Source: Felis catus
Lineage: Eukaryota
Direction: 5' to 3'
Assembly (NCBI RefSeq): GCF_018350175.1
Contig: NC_058368.1
Span: 219,544,001 to 219,608,000 of the forward strand
DNA length: 64,000 bases
Each line of letters begins with the position of its first letter. Position 1 is the stretch's first letter. A program made the translations under genes and the position numbers. This document shows, in pieces, positions 40,251-53,689 of this stretch. A model generated the notes under the pieces. That model was not told the DNA's origin, did no database searches, and worked only from the letters and a program-made list of their open reading frames with translations.

Positions 40251-40291
40251 TGAACTTTGTGAGACATGTTGAATCCTAACTACCAACACTT

Positions 40292-40507
40292 ATTTTTTTT
40301 TTTAACTTTTTTGAAATTTTTGAGAGCAAGAGAGACAGAGCGTGAGCAGGGGAGGGGCAGCAAGAGAGAAGGAGACACAGAATCTGAAGCAGACTCCAGA
40401 CTCAGCTGTCAGCACAGAGCCTGATGCAGGGCTCAAAGCCACAAACAGTGATATTAGGACCTAAGACAAAGTCGGTCACTTAACCCACTGAGCCACCCAG
40501 GTGCCCC
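40292..40507 (-). mobile_element. CanSINE
   Basis: Antisense SINE ending gccacccaggtgcccc. Flanked by taccaaca. Confidence 0.93.
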
Positions 40508-40779
40508 AGTACCAACAGTTTTAAGTGATGCTTTGTTGTGTGTATGAGTTTGCTTGTTTGCTTTAAATTTTCACGTATGTTATAATAACTACAAGAGAAT
40601 ATAAGTAGTACCACTTTGAATCATTACAAGGACTTTAAAAATAGTGTTCATTTATATGCATGATCCTCAAATTTTGTTATTTAATATATATATTCATATA
40701 TACATATATAGATAATTTATAAGTATACATATAGCATTTACATATCCGTAAAATATATTATTGATTTTTATTGTTTATA

Positions 40780-42050
40780 GCTTATAAAAATAATATCACA
40801 CTGTATATAATTTTCTGATACATTCCTATTTCCATTTATTATTATGTATTTAAGATTCATATATATTTTTTTCACATAACTATAGCTCACAGTTTTCACT
40901 TTTGAATTTTGTTTGCAAACATATTATGTAACAAGTTTATTATTCTCATGCTGTTTGACATTTGGGTTCTCTTCCTTTTTTTTCCTTTCTTTTTTTCATT
41001 TTACAAATAGTGTTTCTATATGACATTTCTGCAACTATTCTCATATGCCTTGCTGGGCTTTGTTTATGCTACCATTTAAGTTTGCATTATATATTCCCAT
41101 GTGTTTCCTGTTATGGGTTGAATTGTGTCCTCTAAAACATATATTTTTAAGTGTTAAACCTCAGTATGTCAGCATATGACCTTATGTAAAAATAGGGTCT
41201 TTACAGAGGTAATCAAGTTACAAGGAGGTCTTTCAGGGTTAGGACTTTAATCCAATATGACTGGTGTCCTTATAATAAGGGGCAATTTGGACATAGAGAC
41301 AAACATTCACAAAGGGAAGACAATGTGAACACCCAGGGAGAAGATGTCCATGTAGCTGGAATGATGTCATTACAAGTCAAGGAACACAAAGGATTTTGGG
41401 CAAGGCCCAGCAGCTAGAAGAGGAAAAGAAGGATTCTCCCGTACAGTGATCAGGAAAAGCATGGCCCTGCCAGATATTTAGATCTCAGGCTTCTAGGCTC
41501 CAGAACTGTAAGCAAATTTCTATGGTTTTGACACTTTGTTAAAGCAGCCCTAGCTAATTAGTACATTTCCCAAAACCATGGTGCCAAAATTAACACCCAT
41601 CAGCTCTGCGTAATAGTTCCCATTATACCACATACTTTGAATACTTGGTTTTGTCAGATTTAATTTTTGTCAATTTAGTAAGTATAAAATGGCATCACAT
41701 CATGGCCTTAATTTGCATTTGCTTGATTAAAATCCAACATATTTCTGTTTATTTACCTTTCTTGTTTCCTCTACTGTAAACTGTTCACCATTCATATTCT
41801 TGACCAATTTTTCTGGTAGCTTATGTGTCTTTTCTTATGGATTTTAGACATACTATGTTTTTCAAGGTGAAATTATTCTCTTTATTTGTAACATGTTTCA
41901 CTTTCTCTATATTGTCTGTTATTTAGAGAAGTTATTAGTTAGAGCATAGATTGATTCATCAACCTTTTATCTTATGCATCATTAATCATTTGTCCTATTT
42001 TAGAAATTTCCTTGCTAAAGATTGCTAAAATATTGGCCTACATTTACTTG
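40780..42050 (-). mobile_element. Ancient L1M relic (antisense) hosting an MLT1 LTR
   Basis: aatacttggttttgtcagatt...taaaatggcatcacatcatggccttaatttgcattt is the antisense L1 ORF2 end. Confidence 0.65.
41109..41565 (+). mobile_element. MLT1-type (ERVL-MaLR) solo LTR
   Basis: TG...CA termini (tgttatgggttgaattgtgtcc ... gcagccctagctaattagtaca). 5-bp TSD tttcc at 41104-41108 and 41566-41570. Confidence 0.9.
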
Positions 42051-42074
42051 TAAATTAAAGTTTTAGAAACAACT

Positions 42075-42106
42075 TGTGTGTGTAGTGTGTGTGTGTGTGT
42101 GTGTGT
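42075..42106. repeat. (TG)n microsatellite
   Basis: Seen directly. Confidence 0.9.
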
Positions 42107-43914
42107 GAGCTGAGGATTGTTGCAGATAACCAAAAAGACACTGACTCAGAATTTTTAACTAAAGTTTTTGCATATGGAAAGGAAATTGAAGAGGGACCTT
42201 TGCAGGATAAAGTTGAAAATTGGAGATAAATACATCTCTGTGTAATCTCCCTCCCATGTAACTTACAGCTGTCTTTGGCAATAAAATAATTTTGTTAATA
42301 TATATATATGCCTTAGTATTTTGTAGTTCAATAATTATTCTGAAACATGAAGGAAAAGGGGAGGAAACTTATGATGTTAATTCAAAGAAGTCATAAGGCA
42401 GAGATCCCTGTAATACTCTGACAGAGCTGAATTAACCTTCATTAGGAAATTTCATAGCTTATTTATAAAGATTGTTGACAATATATTCCATTAAAATATT
42501 AAAGAACTATTTGTTTCCTAAGAATGTATATGCATATAAGTGCATACAAATACATATGGATCTATATACACACGTATATGTATTTATATACATATGTACT
42601 TATATGTATGTGTGTTTCTATCTCACCAGCATTTGATATGTTGTTCTATATCTTGTGGCACCTTACTCCATCATTTTCCTTCTTTTGTGACTTTATGAGT
42701 CAAATATTTACAACTGTATTTTTATTCAGCTATAATATATCTTTCCAGGGCTGGTAATGTCTCTCACTCTTGTAAAAAGCGCTTGAAAAAGAAAGGTATG
42801 GCAAGAGGCAGTGAAGAAGAAGGATCCCCCCAGGTAGCATAATTTCAGTGGTTTTCTTATCCATACACAGATTCTCCCTGGAGTACACTGTAGACTGACT
42901 TATAATCCTTTACCTTTGTGTTGATGGATGCTACAGTGTCATCTTTCTCTTCTAGCGGTTAAAGCTGCTTATGTCTGTAAAAAATATAGTTCTTCAGGAT
43001 CTTATGAACCCACACTAGGAATGTAAAATGTTGTGAAAGGTGGTTTGTTTTTAGGTCACGTTTTCCTGCAAAACACTAATCCTAGTTAATTGTGGAGACA
43101 ATTTGTGGTTGCATAACCCATCTGTGGATTACGTGGAGTTTGCTGTATGTCCTTCTTGCTTGAAGAGGCCATAAAAATAATGATCAATTTTGTAGAGATG
43201 GTAAATATCCTCAGGCCAAAAGGGGATTTCAGTTTTCTACTTACTTTTGTAGGTTCTCATTTTCTGTCAACTTGGTGCTTGTCCTTTTTTAATACCTTCA
43301 AGTGTATATTTCTATCTCAATTTATGATCAACAAATATTGTTTTCCAGTTAAACTGAATTATCTAGCTTCATTGCCAGAAGCCTGTTTTAATGATTTTTA
43401 GTCAACTAAATTATTATTGTATTATCAATGATCACGTTTTCAAAATGATGGACAGTAGAAATAAGTTGATTTTTGTGTTTTTCTATGATCCCATTAATCT
43501 TTGATATCTCACTTAATTTCAGTCTGAAGAATTCCTGATCTCACTTTCCATTCCTCTGACTTGCAACAGCAAATCTCCAAGAAAATTTAGTTTATATTAT
43601 GGAAAACACTTGTGACCAACACAGTGTTTGGGCATTAGGGTTGTGTTTCATGCTAGTGGAATAAAATTCTAGGCCTTTTCAGAGACAATGATTAAAATAA
43701 AAACGTACAGTTAGTTTATAAGTGTGAATTTATACATAAAAATTTGTGTAATCAGTTTTAATATTATGGTGTTTCTATGACATATTTTTATTCTGTTATA
43801 GCACAGGATTTTCTTTTAGGCTTTAAAAACTTTAAAAACACTAATATTATAAACTTAGAGAACTCTAAATTCATTTTGAAGGATACAGATATTTTATTTT
43901 TAAAACAAATATCA

Positions 43915-44125
43915 GGGGCGCCTGGGTGGCTCAGTTGGTTGAGTGTCCAACTTCAGCTTAGGTCATGATCTCACTGCTTGTGGGTTCAAGCCCCACGTTG
44001 GGCTCTGTGCTGACAGCTCAGAGCCTGGAGCCTGTTTCGGATTCTTTGTCCCGCTGTCTGTCTTCCCCTCCCTCGCTCATGCTCGGACTCTCTCTCTCTC
44101 TCCCTCTCTCAGGAATAAATAAAAC

Positions 44126-44165
<40 letters not shown>
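43915..44165 (+). mobile_element. CanSINE with (TA)n-expanded tail
   Basis: ggggcgcctgggtggctcagttgg head; (TA)n at 44130-44165. Confidence 0.95.
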
Positions 44166-44168
<3 letters not shown>

Positions 44169-44380
44169 TTAACAAGTTAAAAAAATAAATTCCTGTTATG
44201 TATATCTTTTTATCAAAGATATAATTGGATTTCTTATTTTAAAGGCAAGTAGTTCCTTTTCCCCTGGCTTTTTTGACACATTTACACATTATGAAATGAG
44301 TTATTTCATTTATTATAAGTTTTGAATACTTCATTATATTTAAAATTATGGTTCTATATCCATTAAAGAAACTGGGACTG

Positions 44381-44592
44381 AGGCGCCTGGGTGGCTCAGT
44401 TGATTGAGCTCCAACTTCAGCTCAGGTCATGATCGCACAGCTTGTGAGTTCAAGCCCCACATCCGGCTCAGTGCTGACAGCTGGGACCCTGGACCTTGCT
44501 TCTGATTCTGTGTCTTCCTCTCTGTCCCTCCCCCACTCATGCTCTTTCTCTCTCTCAAAAATGAGTAAACATTAATTTTTTTTTAAAAAAAG
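44381..44592 (+). mobile_element. CanSINE
   Basis: ggcgcctgggtggctcag head. Flanked by aaagaaactgggact / aaagaaattaggact. Confidence 0.93.
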
Positions 44593-44722
44593 TAAAAGAA
44601 ATTAGGACTTACTTTGAGACATGGCTCATTTAAGGCTTGGTCAGGGAAACATAAGATGAACCTGTAACATTTTGTGATGCCAGAAATTAAGGAAGCACTC
44701 AAAAAAAAAAAAAAAATAGTGC

Positions 44723-44830
44723 AGGCACCTGGCTGGCTCAGTCAGTAGAGCATGCAATGCTTGATCTCGGGGTCGTGAGTTCAAGGCCCATGTTGGGTGT
44801 AGAGATTACTTAAATAAGTAAAACATTTTT
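44723..44830 (+). mobile_element. Short tRNA-Lys-derived SINE (SINEC_old-like)
   Basis: cctggctggctcagtcagtagagcatg...cttgatctcggggtcgtgagttcaaggcccatgttgggtgtagagattacttaaataa. tRNA-Lys-like body without a (CT)n region. Confidence 0.8.
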
Positions 44831-45106
44831 AAAAGGTGGCAGAGGCATGTTGAAAGTCATCATGAACAACCTAAAGGAGCACCCACTGACGAAACCTGTA
44901 AGAATTGGTTTAAAAGAATACCTAGGATATTATTGGATTATAATGCATACCATAAAATACGTGTCCTGCAGTCTATGCTGATAAAAATAGACAATAACAG
45001 AAATACATGGGGAGAAAGAGCAGCTTTTCCTTTGAGAAGAATTCCAAATAATAAATATGGAAATAATGAAGAAAATCGAAAATCACCACTAGAAAATCAC
45101 AGTATT

Positions 45107-45306
45107 GGGGCGCTTGGGTGGCTCTGTCGGTTAAGGGTCTGACTCTTGATTTTAGCTCAGGTCATGATTTCATGGTTGTGAGATAGAGTCCCATCTTGGG
45201 CTCTGCACTGGGCGTGGAGCCTGCTTAAGTTTCTCTCTCCCTCTCCCTCTGCCCCTCCTCTGCTCTCTCTCTCTCTCTCAAAAGCAAACAAACAAATAAA
45301 TAAATA
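45107..45306 (+). mobile_element. CanSINE (older subfamily)
   Basis: ggggcgcttgggtggctc head. TSD-like agaaaatcaca on both sides. Confidence 0.92.
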
Positions 45307-46099
45307 AGAAAATCACAATAGTAAGTATTACAGGTAAGATCACTCATCAGTGTTAAAATTAGTGGGCAGATTTTTGAGGAGAAACAGAATATTTGCATAA
45401 TCTTTAAGTGTATCTCCCAAAACATGCATTAATTGTTTTAAAAATTACTGACTAGTAATGGAGGAGACTGTTAGAAATACCTTCTTAACCAAGGGATCAA
45501 GACATATTGACATCACATGCCTCCTTTTATATGCTATGCTGAGAACAGATCACTTCTGTGTTCTGTTAACAAATATGCAAAACCTCAATGAAATCACGAA
45601 AAAATATAAGACAGACTGAGATTGGAAGACATTTTACGGAGTAACCAGTAGTTTTTTAAAGTGTCAAGGTCACAAAGACAAGGAAAGACTGACACTCACG
45701 GATTGGAGGGAGTAAGAAAACATGACCACTAAATGCAAAGTAGGATCTCTGCAAAGACTTTAATAGAAAAGCTGGTGAAATCCAAAGTCTGGAGTTAGTT
45801 AATAGTAAAGTGATTAAAATAGCATTTCTCAAAAACTAAACTTAATGTAAATGATGGTGAATTAAACATTAAAAATGAACTTGCTAAACATTATACGATT
45901 AGGTGTGGTGGATCTTGACTTTTAACCCACACTGTATAACCATTGGACTCTTATCTGGTGTTAGTATCAGGGTTATATTGTTCTTATAATGAGTTGGGAA
46001 AGAATCCTCATTTTTCCTTTCTCCAAAAGACTTTACATGAGAACAGAAAATAAAGAATTTTCTGTTTTGTGAATGTTCCTTAAAAATATTTGACCTGTT

Positions 46100-46315
46100 G
46101 GGGCACCTGGGTGGCTCAGTCAGTTGAGCATCTGACTCTTGATTTCAGCTTAGGTCACATGATATCATGATTTGTGAGATCAAGCCCCACGTCAGGTTCT
46201 ATGCTGACAGTGTAGAGCCTGTGTGGGATTCTCTCTCTCCCTCTCTCTGTCCCTCTCACCCCCCTCTTTCAAAATAAATTAAAAACAATTAGAAAAATAT
46301 TTTTAAAAAGAATAA
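46100..46315 (+). mobile_element. CanSINE
   Basis: TSD-like aaaaatatttgacctgtt / aaaaatatttgagctgtt. Confidence 0.93.
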
Positions 46316-46829
46316 AAAAAATATTTGAGCTGTTAGTATTTAGGAGGATAGATCATTTTAAATATTATATCATATATTAAATCATATTTTAAATCATATT
46401 TTATTTTCTCTTTAGTAGATTTTGTACATTTTTAATTATCTTTAGGAATTTACCTAAATATTTAATTTTATTGACATGTAAATGTTCATAATATTCTCTA
46501 AATTTCTAAATCACTACATTATCTGTAGTTGCATTTCTTTAAAATAATTCTTAATACTTTTTGCCCTATCTCCTCTTTTCATGAACCATTTTGCCTTATA
46601 CATTTATTTTGTGTATCTTTTAAAACAACTAACTTTGGGCACTTTTATTCTCTTTTTTCTACACTAGTTTTCAATGATATTACTTCCTGTTTTTATCTTA
46701 CTTATTACCTTATTTTTCTTTGATGGCTATTATGTCTTTCTTTTCTAAGTTCTTATGTTTAATGCTTAGCTCATTAATTTCATATTGTCTTTGTATTAAA
46801 ACACACAGAGTTATAACTTACCTTCTCTA

Positions 46830-47032
46830 GGGACACCTGGGTGGCTCAGTCAGTTAAGTGTCCACCATTTGATTTTGGCTCAGGTCAAGATCTCATGATT
46901 CATAAGACTGAACCATGCCTGGCTCTGCCCTGAGTGTGGAGCCTCCTTGGGATTCTCGCTCTCCCTCTCTCTCTGCCCCTCCCCTGCACACACTCTCTCT
47001 CATTCAAAATAAATAAATAAACATAAAAAAAA
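46830..47032 (+). mobile_element. CanSINE (older subfamily)
   Basis: TSD ttaccttctcta at 46818-46829 and 47033-47044. Confidence 0.93.
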
Positions 47033-48709
47033 TTACCTTCTCTAAGTAGAATCATTTTCTCTGTACCATGTTTCAATTTCTTTTCACTGATTTTTCAATT
47101 ATTTTTAGGTCTCTATATTTGTACCTTATTTGAACCATCAGTTATATAGGAATTATTTTCAATTTTCTTTTAAATTTTCAAGAATATGAGTATTTGGGAG
47201 TTTTCTTTTTTTGTATTAACTTTTGTCTTAATTATAGGATAGATAATTTAATTGATACAGATTTATTAAAATTTATTCAAACATGTCTAATAATTTAATT
47301 CTTGATCAATTGGGATTCAGTGCTTCATGCCAGCTTAAAAAAATCTGTATTCTCTAGATGGTGTGTGCAGGTTTCATATACATATCAATCAAATCATTCA
47401 TATTATTTTTATTTATTTTGTAAAATATTCCATGTATTCCCTATTCTTGGTCTGGTTAACTGATCATTAATTGAAAACAGCATTAATGTGGCTACACTTC
47501 ACATATACTCTAGATCTGAGAATAGATAATCATGATACCGAAGATTTTAACAGCCAGTGGCTTTTAAAGACATTATAAACTAAATGATGAAATTTAAAAA
47601 AAATATCCTAATGTCACTAATAAGTGCTTTCAGGAGAACAGTGATATTATTTTTGTGTTTTAGAAAAGCTGCCTCTGCTACAGTGTAATCAATCAACTTA
47701 CTGGGATGCTGCTTCTATAAAATTTAATACTTTAAAGGAAGTTGTAGCAGTAAATAGATTAGAGTCAGTGATGCTCTGTGATAGAAAGATTGTGAAACAG
47801 ATATTTTTCAAAAGAACAGTTAGAGGTTTCCAGGCAAAGAGTTGTGTGGAAAATCGAAGAAAAGCATACTGGAAAAGTCTAAACCTGAAAGAGACCAGTG
47901 CTGTGGAGAGTATTAATTAAGAGAAAGAATGACAAGACAGAGAAGCAAATTTATGGAGAGACAGCTTATGTATGTTTTATTTTAAGTTCAATGGGACCAA
48001 TCAAAGAATTTTGAAGCTCTGAGTAATTATCAATAGGGTTATTGTTTTCATAAATAAAAGCTTGAAACACACACAAAAGAACATTCTTGTTTTCAAAAGG
48101 ATAACATGCCTGCAGTGTATAATAGCATCTGAGATTTTATTGAATTTAGTCAAGTAAAGGAGCCTGTAGACAAGTTAGGAAGTTTCTCATTTATCTAATA
48201 CCCAAATAAGTATATAGTGGCCACTGCATTCAAAGAAAGAGCGTGAGAAAATAGTGGTGGAAAAATACAAAGTCCCTGTTTCTCATTACCTCTTCATGGT
48301 ACATAAAAATAAATAAGTAAATGATACAATGATTAGCTGTTGCAAGTATTATGAAGGATGATTGGGTGTAGTATTTCCGATAAGGCTGTTTTCAATAAGG
48401 TTGTTGGTGAAAGCTTCCGAGGAAGTCACAGTTGAGCAATCATCCGAAGGAAGTGAGTGAGGGCCATCCGAACACTCAGGGACAGGAAATTTGAGAAGAA
48501 ACAGCAAAGGTAAAGAGTGTCAGAAGGACAGTAGCCAAGGAATGAGTTGAGAGTTGCTTTCAATAGTGTTACCAAAAATAGATGCAGAGAAAAATGCAAA
48601 AGAAAAATTAAAAACTACAAAATATAAAAAAAAAAGAACAGGCTGAAACTCACTGGGGAGTGGCAGAAGCTGAGTCCTGGGAAATGACTTCCCAAACGGA
48701 GCAGATGGA

Positions 48710-49105
48710 GGTCCCAGTGTTAGGGCTGCCGTAATAAGGCACCACAGATTGGGTGGCTTGAACAACAGAAATTTGTTTTCTCACAGATTTGGAAGCTGAA
48801 AGTCCAAGATTGAGGTTAAAGATCAGCAGGGTTGGTTTCTTCTGAGGCCTCTGCTTGGCTTCTAGATGGCTGTGTTCTCTGTGTCTTCACATGGTCTCTG
48901 CTCTGTGCCTGTGACCAGATCTCCTCTTTTGGAAGGACACCAGCCATATGGGATTAGAGCCCACCCTAATGATCCCATTTTGCCTTAATTACCTCTTTAA
49001 AGACCCTGTCTCCTAATACAGTCACATTCTATGGTACTGAATGGGGGGTTCAGGCTTCAATATATGAATTTTGAGGAGCACAGCCCCCAAACACTCACTG
49101 TAACA
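48710..49105 (-). mobile_element. MLT1-type (ERVL-MaLR) solo LTR
   Basis: ttagggctgccgtaataaggcaccacagattgggtggcttgaacaacagaaattt...taattacctctttaaagaccctgtctcc...tatgaattttg. Confidence 0.88.
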
Positions 49106-50088
49106 CTGTAACAGTGCCATTTTCTCAGATTTGATAAATTGCATTGTGATTAGAAGAGAGTAGTGGGGGAAGAATTTTATGTGAAGGAGATAGCATGTGA
49201 AAAACGGAGAGAGAAAGATGTAGGACATTAACTTTTGACAAGAAAACTTTGTAAAGTCCAATTTGGTGCAAAATTCCATACAAGTGTCTAAAGGAAAAAT
49301 ACACTGGGAAAGAATATACTCAGGTAAGAGCATGACTGGCTGAGAGGCCTGGGCTTTATTATCTACATGAAGGAGAATTACTTAAGGTTTATGAGCGTGA
49401 AGGTGCTATAATCAGAAGAGGGCTTCAGGTCAATTAGTCTGTCAGCAATATATAATTTATGATCATAAATTTATGAGATTTATGTTTATGCACATACATC
49501 TCATCAGCAGTAGAAGTTGTTCCCACTGGAACCACATCTAGATGCACCAGAGGCTTAAATTCTTGTTTTGCTCTGGAATAGAGGGAATTTGTCAGAATTG
49601 AGTGTTTCACATTGACTGTGAAGGGCCACAGACTATTCTTTGTTTCTCCTGTCACAAATTTCTAGAAATGGGATTCCTCCCCACTAAAGCTGATTTCATG
49701 GAATTTTGTAATGTTCTGTCCTTCAGCTGAAAGAAACTAAGGTTAGTTAACAACTAAATAAAACCAAGGGGAAACAATTAAATATAAATATTCACTGTAT
49801 ATTCTGAGACTTGTTGTGATTTTATAAACACACACAGGTAGGTATCTGCACTCAAAGCTGATCTCTAGTTATCTGTGCAAATGCAAAAAAAGACAACGTG
49901 CTTATTTTTAAAACGGAGTTCTTAACATGATTAAAGGGTAGCACTCACTGTTTGTTATATGCATAGACACAAGCGCCTAAATTCCTCGTTTTCCATTCCT
50001 AGACCTTAATCCATACTATGTGTCTTCAACTTTTTAATCAGTTAACATATGGTGTAGAGTTTAAGACTTACAATAAAAAATCTCTTTC

Positions 50089-50119
50089 ATATATATATAT
50101 ATATATATATACATATATA
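50089..50119. repeat. (TA)n microsatellite abutting a splice-acceptor tract
   Basis: Seen directly, ending about 14 nt before the exon start at 50134. Confidence 0.95.
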
Positions 50120-50133
50120 CTTTTTTTTTCCAG

Positions 50134-50321
50134 ACACCATCCACCTTCGAGTTCTTGAGTCCTCGCCAGTTGGCACAGCCATTGGAAGTGTAAAAGCAAC
50201 TGATGCAGACACTGGGAAAAATGCAGAAGTAGAATACCGAATTATTGATGGTGACGGGACTGATATGTTTGACATCATAACTGAGAAGGACACACAGGAA
50301 GGCATTATAACAGTGAAAAAG
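50134..50321 (+). CDS. CDH10: Cadherin-10 exon (EC3), 188 bp, phase 1 to 0
   Basis: tttttttttccag| and AAG|gtgccc. Encodes (N)[62 protein letters not shown]. Not in the ORF track but continues the frame exactly. Confidence 0.95.
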
Positions 50322-51559
50322 GTGCCCATAATCAGTATAAATAAGCATCTTCCCATTTAGCAAATAAGGCTTCCGTTATGTGCCATCCACTCATGCGTTG
50401 TCCATGAAGACATGCCACTATCATGGCCAAATGTAATTTATATCATGCACAAACATGAGAGACAAGAGCCAAAGATCTCCTTGGGCGTTTTGACCAAATG
50501 CTTTTGTTGACTGAAACATGAAACCTGAGTTTTTACAAACTTTAAAAGGCAAATTAATATATGTTTGACTGTATTTTTGAGCCATGTTAATAAACCCCCC
50601 CCATAATAACATTGTTTTCTTTTAGTAAAAGCAGTTAATAGCTAATAATGGCAACATATCATCACAGTTGGAGGCATAGAAAGTAGCATGCCGTCTGTCC
50701 AGATGTATGAAGCAATAATTAGAGCTGCTAATAAAAAAGACACAGCATATTTTCAAAGATAATTTAATTGTTCACATTTTCCCTTCTGCTACATAAATTA
50801 AACTTTTCTGCTAACATATGCTCAGTGATTCAGTTTAAAGGTAACTAGGTTTTTCACTGTAGCGTCAGTATGATCATTATAAGAAAAAAATTAAGGCCCC
50901 GTGACAGATCCCAATGAAATGTCCTGAAACTCTATTTCATTAAGTAACCACTGAAGAACTGAGGAATCAAAACTATCCAGAGATTCTGTTGCAAAGGCCA
51001 AGGTACACAACGAAATGTTTTTAAATGGACAGTGACCAGGAAAGGAGGAAGCAGCTTCTTTGTTGTTTTTCATGACTGGCAAGTAATAATAATGCAAATA
51101 GAATTTACTGCTTATCAGATAAAAAGAGGAAGGTTGAAGGAATCTCAAACCACATTGTCTTTTTTCTGTTTACAAAACATACCTTTTGGAGGGGTAAGAA
51201 GGGAGGAGCTTGATTTCACACTTGTTACAGTTAAACTACATCAATATTTAAGTCAGTTTTTTTTTTGTTTATTCATAATATAACCTAATTACTAATTTGC
51301 TATCAGAATTTTTCTCTCTTCTCTTTACTCCAGGTTTTCCTGATCTTCAATGTTTCATACAACTATTGAAAATTTTGTATTAGTCTTCAAAATTACATAA
51401 AGTTTATTGTAGTATCATGAGCCCATTAAACTGAATGGAAATATCATGACATACATGTAAAAAGATAACTACATTTTTTGCTTGCAGACATTTAATAGTA
51501 ATGCACACACATGCACACATGAACACAGACACAATCTACCAGCCATTTAAAACAAAAAA

Positions 51560-51759
51560 TGTTTAATGTTTATTTATTTTTGAGAGAGACAGAGACAGAG
51601 CTTGAGTGGGGGAGGGGCAGAGAGAGGGAGACACAGAATCTGAAGCAAGCTCTAGGCTCTGAGCTGTCAGAGCCTGAGGCAGGGCTCGAACTCACGGACT
51701 GCGAGATCATGACCTGAGCTGAAGTTGGACGCCCAGCCGACTGAGCCACCAGGCGCCCC
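51560..51759 (-). mobile_element. CanSINE
   Basis: Antisense SINE ending gagccaccaggcgcccc. Confidence 0.94.
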
Positions 51760-51941
51760 TCAGCCCATTTTTTGTAATGAGTCACCACATTATAACATAG
51801 GTTTTAATGTTCTTTTCAATATTTCCAATATTTAAAATCTAATTTTCCTATGTTCTGAAGTATTACACATTGAATGCATAAAAAGTAATAATCAAACCTT
51901 ATCTGATATGTAAAGGTATATTATTATTTTTATTACTTTTA

Positions 51942-52161
51942 TTTTTAATTATTTTTTTAACGTTTATTTATTTTTGAGACAGAGAGAGACAGAGCATGAA
52001 CAGGGGAGGGGCAGAGAGAGAGGGAGACACAGAATCGGAAACAGGCTCCAGGCTCTGAGCCATCAGCCCAGAACCTGACGCGGGGCTCGAACTCAAGGAC
52101 CGCGAGATCGTGACCTGAGCTGAAGTCGGACGCCCAACCGACTGAGCCACCCAGGCGCCCC
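51942..52161 (-). mobile_element. CanSINE (SINEC_Fc-type), young
   Basis: CpG-rich. Perfect 17-bp TSD tatttttattactttta at 51925-51941 and 52162-52178. Confidence 0.97.
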
Positions 52162-52299
52162 TATTTTTATTACTTTTAATTATTTTCAGTTAATAAACAA
52201 CTTGACAAAATTCAACCAGGCTTTCACAATCACACTGTAACTTGAAAGGAACATATAATCCAATTTCCCTCATTCTAATTTGATGATTTACTTACACAG

Positions 52300-52553
52300 C
52301 CACTTGACTACGAAAGCCGAAGACTTTACACTCTGAAGGTTGAAGCAGAAAATACCCATGTGGATCCACGTTTTTATTACCTGGGACCATTTAAAGACAC
52401 AACGATTGTGAAAATCTCCGTAGAAGATGTGGATGAACCTCCTGTTTTTAGCAGATCCTCCTACCTGTTTGAAGTTCATGAGGATATCGAAGTGGGCACG
52501 ATCATTGGTACTGTAATGGCAAGGGACCCAGATTCCGCTTCTAGCCCCATTAG
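52300..52553 (+). CDS. CDH10: Cadherin-10 exon (EC3 to EC4), 254 bp, phase 0 to 2
   Basis: cttacacag| and AG|gtaatt. Encodes [84 protein letters not shown](R). Confidence 0.96.
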
Positions 52554-53689
52554 GTAATTATGCCCATGTTGCCGATGAAAGAAAGGGAATTGAAATAAAT
52601 GTAGAGAGTAAGAAATTCTATTGAAAGCATTTAATGCATTGAAATATATGAGTCTGTCTGTAAGTTGTACATCAATCTGAGGAGCACAAGTGTTTAAAGG
52701 AAATTGTCTCTGAATGTTTTGGGGCATGGCGTGCACAGCTTTATAATTTTCTCCACTTCAAATCATGCCTTTTAGCCTAAAACCTAGCTTGTATCATCTG
52801 CCTGTATCTTTTAAGGTATTTGTTCTTCTGATTCCAGTACAGATAAAGGACACTGTGTCAGCTGTGCTATTACAATGTAACTGAATCACTTTGTGCTTTC
52901 AGTTATTAAATGATATGAGAAGTTGAGAGTTGTAACAGTTAAAAAGAATATGATTCCAACAATGTTACAGTTCAGTGAAAATACATTTTAGAGACTCCCA
53001 TGTACTCCTACCATCAAAGAAGGGAAGGTTTTTGTTTGTTTTTGTTTTGGCTGTTTCAAAAAGTATTTGTAAAGAAAATAGAGCATTCCAGAAAGATCAG
53101 AGTAATTTAATTTCACTTTTTATTTTTGCTTTGCTTTCTATGGCAGCCCAAAAACACATGAAATATGATAAACACGTACAAATGAGAAAGACTCAAAGTT
53201 GTTATTGATTTTGTTCTATCATTTTAAAAAGAAATACGGATATCTATATATAATATTTACCGACAAAATGGCCATTTTAAACCATTAGTATATCATGTGT
53301 TTTGTATTTCACTCTTTTCCCTAATTCTCAACAGGTTAATTGTGCCTCCCCCTTGCTCCACATGGACTAGTCAAGTAAGAGTTTAAATGATGATTACACA
53401 ATTTCCAAGCACACTCTTCTTTGATTCCAAAGTATACAACAGCAGAATAGGAAAAAATCTTGTATGCCATGTGCCTCTAACTCAACTCAAACTTAAAACT
53501 GCTACAGGTTCTGCCATACCTTCAAGTGAAGACATATTATATATAACATATATAGTAAGGAACTTGAAATAATATATTATATATATATAATAAGTCTTCA
53601 TATATATAACATATATAATATGTGTATATTTATACATATATATATATTAGTGCTTGATTTACATAACTTTATCTAAATATTTTTGTTTT

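Larger units (their letters stand above)
44615..45810 (+). mobile_element. L1MC-type 3' region relic, interrupted by SINEs
   Basis: ttttgtgatgccagaaattaaggaagcactcaaa, agaagaattccaaataataaat and aaagtgtcaaggtcacaaagacaaggaaagactg resemble the L1MC 3'UTR. Confidence 0.65.

Noticed and set aside
44723..44800. tRNA-Lys-like sequence
   Set aside because: The stems and anticodon arm are degenerate and an A-rich tail follows, so it is a SINE or tRNA retrocopy rather than a functional tRNA.
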